From Deltaproteobacteria bacterium (lineage in GTDB: Bacteria > Desulfobacterota > Desulfobulbia > Desulfobulbales > JAJRZW01): a stretch of 64,000 nucleotides of DNA. The translations under genes and the position numbers were made by a program. This document shows, in pieces, positions 37,872 through 46,424 of the stretch (positions are counted from its first letter, which is position 1; each line of letters begins with the position of its first letter). The stretch lies in assembly GCA_024275015.1 (NCBI GenBank), contig JAJRZW010000009.1, forward strand, positions 22,500 through 86,499, read 5' to 3'. The notes below the pieces were generated by a model, which was given only the letters and a program-made list of their open reading frames with translations, had not been told where the DNA came from and searched no databases.

Positions 37872-39152
37872 TTACTTCATCTGATCACCGGAAGCGGCGC
37901 CCTGCATCTTGACCTCGACCTTCTCGGTCAGACCGGCATAATATTCCTTCAGGATTACCAGAACCTCGTCACGACCAAAGTGATCAACAATATCGGCACC
38001 CTCGGAAAGGGCTTTACGCAGTTTAGTGCCGGAAAGAATGACCCGGTCGTCCTTGCCGTGGGGGCAGGTACGCAGGGAGGCCATGCCGTCGCACTTATGG
38101 CAGTAAAAGGTCCAGTCGATCTTGAGTGGCCGGCACTGCAGGGCCTTGCCCGGATCAGCCGGGGTGGGGATGCGGTCGAAGATCTCCTGGGCCTCAAACA
38201 GACCGTAGAAGTCGCCGACACCGGCATGGTCACGGCCGATGATCATCTTGCTGATCCCGTAGTTCTGACGGAAGGTGGCGTGGAGCAGACCTTCACGGGG
38301 ACCGGCGTAACGCATGTCAAGGGGATATCCACCCTGAATGACGTTGTCTTTGACAAAATAGTTCTCAACCAGGCAATCAATAGCCTTGACCCGAACGTCG
38401 GCCGGGATGTCGCCGGGCTTGAGATTACCGATGAGCGAGTGAATCAGAACCCCGTCACAGACCTCAACCGCGATCTTGGCAAGGAACTCATGGGAGCGAT
38501 GCATGGGGTTACGCAACTGCAGGGCGGCGACGTCGGACCAGCCGCGCTCCTCGAACATGGCGCGGGTCTCGGCCGGGGTCAGGTAAACGCCCTTGTACTG
38601 CTCGGGGTACTCACCCTCGGAAAGAACCTTGACCGGACCGGCGATGTTGACTTCCTTCTGGTTCATCACCATCTGGACCCCGGGATGATCCTCAAGGGCG
38701 ATCTCCCAGAACTTATCATCGGCGGATTCTTCGCCATTGCCTTTGAAAACCTTCTCGCACTCCCACTTCTTGTCGGCATCGGTCATCTCAAACTTCTCGG
38801 CCACCTTCATGGTCGCGTAGACGGTGCCGTCAAGCTCAAGAGCGATCTCGTCACCGAGATTGATGGCGTCGGCGTCAGCCTTGGAGACGTCAAGGGTGAT
38901 AGGAACCGGCCAGAAGGTACCGTCGGCCATGGTGAAGTTCTCACACACACCCTTCCAGTCAGCCTTGGTCATGAAGCCGTCCAGCGGAGAGAAACCGCCG
39001 ATACCCATCATGATCAGGTCGCCTTTTGCCCGGGCGCTGATCTCTATCTTTTTCAGACCCGCGGCCTTCTCTTTTTCCGCCGCAAGCTCGTTGCCGTGCA
39101 GCAGACAACAAACCAACCCTTTTCCACCATGAGGTGCTACCAGTTTAGACAT
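37872..39152 (-). CDS. sat: Sulfate adenylyltransferase (ATP sulfurylase)
   Basis: 426 aa; [13 protein letters not shown] and GRDHAGVG motifs. Confidence 0.93.
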   Translation of the reverse strand: MSKLVAPHGGKGLVCCLLHGNELAAEKEKAAGLKKIEISARAKGDLIMMGIGGFSPLDGFMTKADWKGVCENFTMADGTFWPVPITLDVSKADADAINLGDEIALELDGTVYATMKVAEKFEMTDADKKWECEKVFKGNGEESADDKFWEIALEDHPGVQMVMNQKEVNIAGPVKVLSEGEYPEQYKGVYLTPAETRAMFEERGWSDVAALQLRNPMHRSHEFLAKIAVEVCDGVLIHSLIGNLKPGDIPADVRVKAIDCLVENYFVKDNVIQGGYPLDMRYAGPREGLLHATFRQNYGISKMIIGRDHAGVGDFYGLFEAQEIFDRIPTPADPGKALQCRPLKIDWTFYCHKCDGMASLRTCPHGKDDRVILSGTKLRKALSEGADIVDHFGRDEVLVILKEYYAGLTEKVEVKMQGAASGDQMK

Positions 39153-39228
39153 GTTACCGTCTCCTTAGTTGGTGATTAATATGTATTGAAAAAAATGAAT
39201 GAATACGCATCAATTTTGGAAAACTACC

Positions 39229-39257
39229 ATATAAAGGAGGGGGGGATAAATTGTCAA
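39229..39257 (-). promoter_or_regulatory. Sigma-70-like promoter candidate for sat
   Basis: TTGACA-17 nt-TTATAT on the minus strand, about 75 nt upstream of the ATG. Motif match only. Confidence 0.3.
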
Positions 39258-39390
39258 GGGAAAAAGACCGGCCTGAATACGGAAAGAAAGATGGGACAGA
39301 AACGCAAAAAGACGTGTCAAGACAACCCGGAATCCGTACCCGGGAGGACACCCCCAGGTAAATACCGCCGGGATTCGACGACAAACCGGA

Positions 39391-39792
39391 TCAGGCAGTG
39401 GTATCGAAGAGCATGCCGACCAGTTCGTCGAGCTTGGCCCGCAGCTCAAGAACCTCTTCGCTGGGGAATTGCCTGATTATTTCACCGCTCTCACTGTCCC
39501 TGACCTGAACGACAACCGCCTTGGGATCTTCACTCAACGAGAGTGAGATCTTGGTACTCATCTTTGCCAGCCTTTTTTTGATCATATCCAGCGCTTTCTT
39601 AACTTCCTCCCCGGAGACCGGCTTTTTCAACGGCCGACCGTGCAGGACCTTATCGTCCATCGCGGTGTCGGCCAAGCCACCGGCATCGGCCACCGGGGCC
39701 ACCTGCGGTTTATCGCGGTCTTCCCGCGCGATCGTCGGCACCTGGGGAACACCCAATGCCTTGACATCGGTGCTGATGTTAACGTCAACCAT
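39391..39792 (-). CDS. flaG: FlaG-family flagellar protein
   Basis: ATG 39792 with GGAGGAAG SD. The C-terminal LSLSEDPKAVVVQVRDSESGEIIRQFPSEEVLEL is typical of FlaG. Confidence 0.75.
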   Translation of the reverse strand: MVDVNISTDVKALGVPQVPTIAREDRDKPQVAPVADAGGLADTAMDDKVLHGRPLKKPVSGEEVKKALDMIKKRLAKMSTKISLSLSEDPKAVVVQVRDSESGEIIRQFPSEEVLELRAKLDELVGMLFDTTA

Positions 39793-39831
39793 GATACTTC
39801 CTCCACACCTGCCGAGACACAACCATTCGGC

Positions 39832-40170
39832 TCAGGCGGCCCGATGAACAAAACGGCAACTCTGCCGCGGTTCACCAAGGCCATATTTTTTCAGTCCCTT
39901 ACGACCGCGACGGATCACGGCCATGGCGGCCATGATCTCCTCCCGTCTCCCAAGCGCCACGGCCTTAAGCCTTTCGTTGGCGTCAAGCAGAGAAGAGATC
40001 TTTTCCCGCAACAGGGCTTCATCAACACCGTCCGCCCCGGCCGCGGCAAAAACATTTTCAAAACGGGCGCATTCACGGCCATAGCAATTGCTGAAAGAGG
40101 CGATATCACCACCTCCGGCGGCCAGCTGCTCTTCCTGGACGGCCATCATCTCCATCAGGGCGTCCGCCAT
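39832..40170 (-). CDS. Hypothetical helical protein in the flagellar operon (possible export chaperone)
   Basis: ATG 40170 within ORF 39832..40515; 112 aa, helical. Call rests on position only. Confidence 0.35.
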   Translation of the reverse strand: MADALMEMMAVQEEQLAAGGGDIASFSNCYGRECARFENVFAAAGADGVDEALLREKISSLLDANERLKAVALGRREEIMAAMAVIRRGRKGLKKYGLGEPRQSCRFVHRAA

Positions 40171-40207
40171 CGCAAAAATTCCTTTCCTCTTCAACTCCGC
40201 CACCGGA

Positions 40208-40690
40208 TCAAATGGATAACGACAGGTTCGCCACCCTTTTATTACCATCCCCCCTGCCGCCTGCAATCGCGGGGGAAGAAACATCTCCCTCAACCGGAGT
40301 ATCCCCGGCAATATTTTCCCGCATCGCGGTCTCTTCCCATATCTCCTTAAGTCGCCTGAGATAACGACGGGCCTGCCTGACAACCTCGACGTCGTTACTG
40401 ACCGCGACCCGCGGCAATTCAAACAGAATGGCCTCATACAGGGAGGCGAGAAACTCCGCTGACTCCCCCCCCTTTTTACGGTCAATGGCGGCATTAAGCT
40501 CGGTGACAATGGCAATCACCTTGCTGACATTCTCGCCCCGCTGGCGTGGATCGTTGGCCAGTACCCCTTTCTCGGCCTCGTCAAGATGAACAATCCCTCG
40601 TTCAAAAAGCATATGAATCAACTTTACCGGAGGAATGACCGCCTGCCTGCCCGCCTGCCGATAAGCCTTGAGAAATTCATTGGGTGCCAT
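40208..40690 (-). CDS. fliS: Flagellar export chaperone FliS
   Basis: 160 aa; the AYRQ...LIHMLFERGI..L..A N-terminus is typical of FliS; follows fliD. Confidence 0.8.
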   Translation of the reverse strand: MAPNEFLKAYRQAGRQAVIPPVKLIHMLFERGIVHLDEAEKGVLANDPRQRGENVSKVIAIVTELNAAIDRKKGGESAEFLASLYEAILFELPRVAVSNDVEVVRQARRYLRRLKEIWEETAMRENIAGDTPVEGDVSSPAIAGGRGDGNKRVANLSLSI

Positions 40691-40730
40691 AAACTGTCCT
40701 CCGTTAAACCAATCCGCGATACGGATTTAT

Positions 40731-42458
40731 CTACTTTTTGCCGGATGACCCGCTCATGGAGTTGGTAAGAGCATCAAACTGACTGGTCAGATAATCCGAC
40801 AACGATGTCATCTGACTCATATATCGGTCAAGCGCGACAAATTGTTTAGACAAATTCTCATATTTCCGGTCAAGCCGGGTGGTGGCAAGGGTTATCTGAT
40901 CCTTAAGGTCATTAATAATCTTACGAGTCGCGGTCTTTTCCCCTTCGATCTGTCCCGAGCCCCCAGTCAGGGTGCGGAGGCGGTCATTTACCAAATCGCC
41001 CATGCCGGTAATATCGTTATCGGCATCGCCAAGAAAAAAGGCCCGAACCCCGTCGGGATACAAACTCAGAGTCCGGTCAAGAACAGTGGAGTCAATGGTG
41101 ATATTGCCGTCGCGATCAAACTCAAGACCGAGATCAAAAAGAGTGGAGACATGACCGTCGGGGTCAGACCGCACCGTTGAGGTCATCAGACCCTGAAGAT
41201 CAAAGGCAAGATCACGCAGGGAGGTACCGGCAAGAACCCCGAATTTTCCGGAACTTTCGTCAAAAGATGTCTTGCTCCTCACCTCACTGGTCGCGGCGTT
41301 ATAGGCGGTGACCATATCGTTTACCAGATCCTTGACGACTTCATTGCTGCCACTGACCGAAACCGTGGCGGAACCGGTCTTCCCGAGGACCATGGTCACT
41401 CCGCTGATCACGTCACTGATGCTGTTGTCCTGCCTCTGGTAACTGACCCCCTCAATGGTGACCTGGGAATTAAGCGAGGCCCCGGCCGCCCCCTGGTTTT
41501 CGGCCAGGGACAGATCGTCCAACTGGGTGGAAATGCTGATCCGGTTGTCCTCGCCGGTGGCGTCGGCCTGAAGGAGGAGCTTGTAAGAACTCGCCCCGGA
41601 ACCATCATCAATGACCGACGCAGTCACTCCGGGATTATCGCCATCAGCATTGATCAATGCCGCAAGCCCGGTCAGGGTGGTGTCGGCGGCAACATCGAGG
41701 TTAACCACATTGGCGCCGACCTGGTACTGGAAAACATCATCCGGTGGAGAAAAATCAAGCCCGGTCAGGGTCTCGCTTATCGCCACCCGGTTGGCCTCGC
41801 CGGTGCCGCCGGCGGTATCGCTTTTTATTCGCAGACAGGTATCGGTGCCGACGGTATAAGTTTCAGCGGTTACATATCTTGAGTTGTCCCCCGGACCGCC
41901 CTGATTGTCGACATTGGTGTTGATCTGAGTGACAAGGTCATTCATGGTCCAGCCTCCGGCCGGAGCGGTAAGGACAATATTTGTCGTGCCGCCGAAGGTA
42001 ATGGTCATGGTCTCGTTTTCAAGCATCACCGCCCCCACTGCCGGATCGGTGACCCCGGAGGTCGACTCCTGACTGGTGGGGACATAAACGATATCGTCTG
42101 CGGCGGAAAGACCGCCGGAAATCCAGGAACTCTTGCCGGCAAGACGATCAACGGTGACCGGGGTCGCGCCGATGGCGGTGGAATCAAGCACTGTGGCACT
42201 CAACACCGAGGTATCGGAACTCTCCACAGTACGGCCGGTAAAGGTTGTGGTCAGAGACAGCGACAGGGCGGCGCTCTTGATATCAAGAAGCTTATTCTTG
42301 ACCACGGTGAATTCATCAAGCCGGGTCTCTAATTCCGTCTTTCTGGTCTCCTTGGGGGTAATCTGGGCAGTCTCGTCAACCCCGCGCAGCTGGTCAAGGA
42401 TATTCTGGAGATCAAGACCCGAGCCTATACCAAGAGTTGAGATGGAACCTGTGGTCAT
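40731..42458 (-). CDS. fliD: Flagellar filament cap protein FliD
   Basis: 575 aa; N-terminal ISTLGIGSGLDLQNILDQL and a C-terminal FliD domain. Confidence 0.9.
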   Translation of the reverse strand: MTTGSISTLGIGSGLDLQNILDQLRGVDETAQITPKETRKTELETRLDEFTVVKNKLLDIKSAALSLSLTTTFTGRTVESSDTSVLSATVLDSTAIGATPVTVDRLAGKSSWISGGLSAADDIVYVPTSQESTSGVTDPAVGAVMLENETMTITFGGTTNIVLTAPAGGWTMNDLVTQINTNVDNQGGPGDNSRYVTAETYTVGTDTCLRIKSDTAGGTGEANRVAISETLTGLDFSPPDDVFQYQVGANVVNLDVAADTTLTGLAALINADGDNPGVTASVIDDGSGASSYKLLLQADATGEDNRISISTQLDDLSLAENQGAAGASLNSQVTIEGVSYQRQDNSISDVISGVTMVLGKTGSATVSVSGSNEVVKDLVNDMVTAYNAATSEVRSKTSFDESSGKFGVLAGTSLRDLAFDLQGLMTSTVRSDPDGHVSTLFDLGLEFDRDGNITIDSTVLDRTLSLYPDGVRAFFLGDADNDITGMGDLVNDRLRTLTGGSGQIEGEKTATRKIINDLKDQITLATTRLDRKYENLSKQFVALDRYMSQMTSLSDYLTSQFDALTNSMSGSSGKK

Positions 42459-42553
42459 GATTTTCTCCCTGTTTTAAAAAACAACAACGGGCCTAATCCC
42501 CCGTCTCTTCCAACGGATCGGAAAAATATTCCCGTTACTTAAATAAAAAAACA

Positions 42554-42735
42554 ATGAAGTCGTAACAAATCCCCGTTCCGGCTGAAAACGACGATTTCCG
42601 GGCAACGGGCAGCGGGCTGCTGAAATCCCGAACTCGGGCTATACCCTCAACCATGCGGGATTTCTTAACCAATCCCGCCACCCGGCGCCTTTTCCGGAAA
42701 TCGCCGAAAACGCCTCCGCGGGCACTTGTTACGAG
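42554..42735 (-). repeat. Family B foldback repeat, copy B3
   Basis: GTCGTAACAAATCC...CACTTGTTACGAGG; same orientation as B2. Confidence 0.85.
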
Positions 42736-42799
42736 GCCAACAAAAATTAAAGAATGCAAAATATGAACCACTTCAGGCATCCATCTGAACGCTCACCCG

Positions 42800-42848
42800 G
42801 CGGCGCGGACATCTGCCCCTGGCAGTCCGTTTTTCAACGGACTGCTAA
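42800..42848 (-). repeat. Family A fragment A9 (hairpins H2 and H1 only)
   Basis: GCGGCGCGGACATC..GGCAGTCCGTTTTTCAACGGACTGCTAA. Confidence 0.65.
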
Positions 42849-42849
42849 C

Positions 42850-42906
42850 GCAAAAACAATCGCACTCTGTAAGGGTTTCGGGGCAGCGTTCATGGAGCGC
42901 TTACGG
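42850..42906 (+). repeat. Family C repeat, copy C3
   Basis: GCAAAAACAATCGCACTCTGTAAGGG..GCGTTCATGGAGCGCTTACGG. Confidence 0.7.
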
Positions 42907-42923
42907 TTATTGAACGCTTATAT

Positions 42924-42960
42924 AAAAAAAAGGACGGCCAGGAGGCCGCCCTTTTTTTTT
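42924..42960 (-). terminator. Rho-independent terminator after the flagellin gene (bidirectional-looking)
   Basis: A8-GGACGGCC-agga-GGCCGCCC-T9. Confidence 0.6.
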
Positions 42961-42987
42961 CGGCATTATGCCGCTTTCAACCAACCA

Positions 42988-45915
42988 TTACCCCTGAAGC
43001 AGAGACAGCACGTTCTTAGCGCTGGCATTGGCCTGGGCCATGGCAAAGGTGCTTGCCTGGGTCAGGATCTGCATCTTGGAGAAGGTGGATGCCTCTTCGG
43101 CAAAGTCAACGTCGCGAATGGTCGATTCAGCTGCGGTGATGTTGACCTTGGTGGCAGAGAGGTTGGAGATGGTGGAGTTCAGCTGGTTCTGCACCGAACC
43201 GATACCACTCCTGACCTTGTCAAGATCCTTCAGGGCAGCATCGGCAACCGAAATGGCGGTCTGGGCTCCATCCTGGGTAAGGACATTGACTTCGGACAGC
43301 CTGGTCATGGTCGAAGAACCGACCGTGCCAAGGGCGGTACCACTACCGGAGGTGTTGGCCGCGAGGGTGGTGCCGGCGGCAAGGATAGACCCACCCTTGA
43401 CATCCTGGGCATTGGTCATGGTGGTGGCGCTGGCAATGGTCACGGCACTGCTCAGGGTTGAACCGGAAGCGTAAGTGATGCCGTCAGTGCCGGTAATGGC
43501 GTTTGTGAGCACCGTGCCTTGGGCAAAGACACTGCCGGCCGCGACACTGGAGTTAGCTGCCAGGTTCATGGTGCTGCCGGCGCCCACGGTCTCGGCATTG
43601 GCCAGGGTGATGGTGGCGCCAAAGGTGGAGCCGGTGGCAAGGGCGGAACCGTCACCTATCTTGGAACCAATCGCCAGGGACTGGGTATTGGTGATGGTGG
43701 CGTCAGCAGTAAGGGTAAGGTCATTACTGGCGGCGCTTGAACCGTTGGCGAAAACACTCCCAACGATCACCGAAGTTCCCGTTGCCAGGTTCATGGCCGC
43801 GCCCAGGGTGGCGTCGGCGGCAAGGACAAGGGCGTCGGTATCCGCGACCGATTCCGCCGCCAGCACGGAATTAGCGGCAATGGTGGTCCCTCCGTGGGTG
43901 GTCATATTCGCGGTTAACTGGAGATCACCGTGAAGGGTAAAGGCGTCGTTGGCGCCAACGGTATTGGCGGCAAGGGTTGAACCGGTCTCGATCTGCTAAC
44001 CGGTGAGCAGGGTCATGGTTCCGCCGCTGACAGTGAGATCCCTGACCGTCACGTCATCATTGGCCACATAGGAACCAGCCTTGAGAACCGAGCCGGACTG
44101 AAGGTCAATCCCGCTGGGCAGGGTTGATATTTCCCCGGTCAGGGTAAAGGCGCCGCCACCAGCCGTGGTGACACCGGAACCATTGCCGCCGAAGCTCAGG
44201 GTCCAGATCCCGGCGCCAGTAGTGATCGCACCGCCGGCACTGAGATGACTAAGGGCCGCAGTGGCGTCGGCGGCAGTATTGAACACCGTGCCGCTGACCA
44301 GGGTCGAACCGGTGGCGATGACCGAACCGGTTGCGATCAAACCGCCGCCAGCGCCAAAATTGGCCTGATCACCGGCGGCAATGGTGGCACTCCCCTGGAT
44401 TACCGTGCCGGAATTGAGGATCGTGCCGGAAAGCAGAATGGAACCGCTGCCGACCGTCACGTTGCCCGTAGTACTCTTTCCCGAAACCACGATATCAGAA
44501 GTAATGGTGGTCCCAGAACCGATAACCGTACCCGACTGCAGGATTGAACCAGTCGCCGCCACCAGGGTCGCCCCACCGTTAACGACGGTGGAGCCAACGG
44601 TGATATCAGAGGTGACGGAGGTGCCGGTGGCAAGCGAAGTGCCGGAACGAAGAACCGAGCCGGCCCCGGCGACAGTAGCGCCTGAGGTGGTGAAGGCGGC
44701 CACGGTCATATTATTGCTGATCGCCGTGCCGGAATTCAAAACCGTGCCGCTGCCGAGGGTGGACCCGGCGGCGATACTGGACACCACGGTGGTGGCACTC
44801 GTGGTGCCGCTGGTCTCAAGATCGTTGGAAGTGGAGACCGCAAGCCCGGTATCACCAGAATTGGAGATGGTGATCTCCGCGGCCCCGGTCTGGGTAAGCT
44901 TTATCACCCCGAGGGTGCTCATGTCGGTCTGCCCCAAAATGGCATTGACCCCGGTATTGGTGCCGTTGGTAATACTTGTACCGGTAAGCTTGATCGCCCG
45001 ACCGTCAGTAGACGTCAAGGTCAGCTTGCCGGAGACATCGACACTGGCAAAGACCCCGGTATCAGAACTTTTGAGGTTGATCGACTTAACCAGCGAACCG
45101 TCAGAGTCATTTGCCTTAACCGATATCTGACCGATGGTGATACCGTTGATGGCAAAATCGGAATCGGTTGTTCCGGCGGAAACGGCACTTGAGGTGGTTG
45201 AAGTAACCACCGCCTCAGAAGAAATTCCCAGAACGTCGCTCAATTTGTTAATCGCGTCGGAAACCGCCCCAAGGCTGTTCTCGCGATTATTGTTATAGGA
45301 AATATCAATACTGTTAATGTCATAGGTGGCATCCTGAACATTACTGTAGAGACTCAACTGGGCACTCCCGGTGCCGCTGAAAGAAAGCTGCGATGTGTTG
45401 ACATGACCGACCTTGTTTGATTCGGCCGAGGCGATGGAGATACTGACGGTCTCGTGAGAATAAGCGCCGATCTGCATCTGCTTGTTGGTAAACTGACCGG
45501 ACAGGAGTTTCTGGCCGTTAAAGGCCGTGGTCTTGGCGATATTATCCAGTTCCGCCAACAACTTGTCGATGTCCGACTGAATCGCCTTGCGGGACTCGGT
45601 GGTCTGACCGTCCTGGGCCGCCTGAATCGCCTTGGTCTTGATGGTATTGACTATATTAATCGATTCATCCAAGGCACCATCAGCGGTCTGGACCATGGAA
45701 ATACCATCGTTGGCGTTCCTGATTGCCTGCCCCAGACCAAGGGACTGGGACTTGAGTGAATCGGCAATGGCCATGCCGGAAGCGTCATCAGCCGCCTTAT
45801 TGATCCGCAGCCCTGATGAGAGTTTCTCAAGCGATGCCGAAAGGCCCGCGTCGTTTCTCGCCATACTCCTGTGCGCCGTCAGAGCGGCAATATTGGTGTT
45901 GATTCGCAGTGACAT
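42988..45915 (-). pseudogene. fliC: Giant flagellin (~974 codons) interrupted by a single in-frame TAG at 43996..43998
   Basis: ORF 43996..45933 carries only the flagellin N-domain (MSLRINTNIAAL.., ATG 45915, GGAGGA SD). ORF 42988..43905 carries only the C-domain (..QNQLNSTISNL..NVLSLLQG). They share a frame, and the 30 codons between them are open. Confidence 0.85.
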
Positions 45916-46204
45916 GTTTAATCCTCCATCCATGTTAGGTTAACAGGGGCGTCCGTGCCCCAAAAAAAGGTTAAAAAAACAATGCGCATTATCCCCGTAT
46001 ACCAATCACCTCCTTTCCCTGCAGATTTTTCAGACAACGACCCGACTTCGTCGTACCTGTGACCTGAATGCCACCCCGCGCAGAGGAGATGGCCGGAATC
46101 GCCTTCATAAGACCGCCTAAAAGAACCGCCGATGAGCCATCAAAAAAGTACCTGAACCGGTTCCACGATGACGCGACACAACATCTTCTCCCGCTTACCC
46201 TGCC

Positions 46205-46231
46205 TTATCGGCACCTTCATGGTCCGCTTTA
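46205..46231 (-). promoter_or_regulatory. Sigma-28 (FliA)-type promoter for the flagellin gene
   Basis: Minus strand reads TAAAG-14 nt-GCCGATAA. Confidence 0.6.
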
Positions 46232-46424
46232 ATTTTTTTTGTCTGCCTTCTGAAATAAATCAAAAGGCCCGGAAAAACATCCGATAGGAAGAAGTACGGC
46301 ACGAATCAACAAAAAATTCTGCTATTATTATTACTGGTCGACAATCACGTCCCCGGAAACCAAAGGATGTCGTTGCCGACGGGAACAGACGTCTTAAAAG
46401 AACAACTCCACAAGGAGAATTTTC

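Noticed and set aside
39620-39633. A 14-nt exact match to the family A terminus (GGCTTTTTCAACGG) inside the flaG coding region.
   Set aside because: There is no partner arm or other element parts. The FlaG frame is intact and the match encodes ..RPLKKP... I treat it as chance or an ancient remnant without evidence.
39832-40515. A 227-aa ORF overlapping fliS in another frame.
   Set aside because: The N-terminal 115 codons overlap the FliS frame and are Arg/Pro/Cys-rich. Only the part from ATG 40170 is kept, as a low-confidence gene.
42459-42553. A sigma-28-like promoter for fliD (TAAG..N16..CCGATCC on the minus strand, about 42514-42542).
   Set aside because: Only 5 of 8 match in the -10 box, with non-canonical spacing. 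This is too weak to list as a feature.
43996-43998. The in-frame TAG in the flagellin read as pyrrolysine.
   Set aside because: There are no pyl genes in the window, and flagellin is not a known Pyl protein. TAG is used as an ordinary stop elsewhere (for example argS and the gene ending at 31831). A nonsense mutation or sequencing error is simpler.
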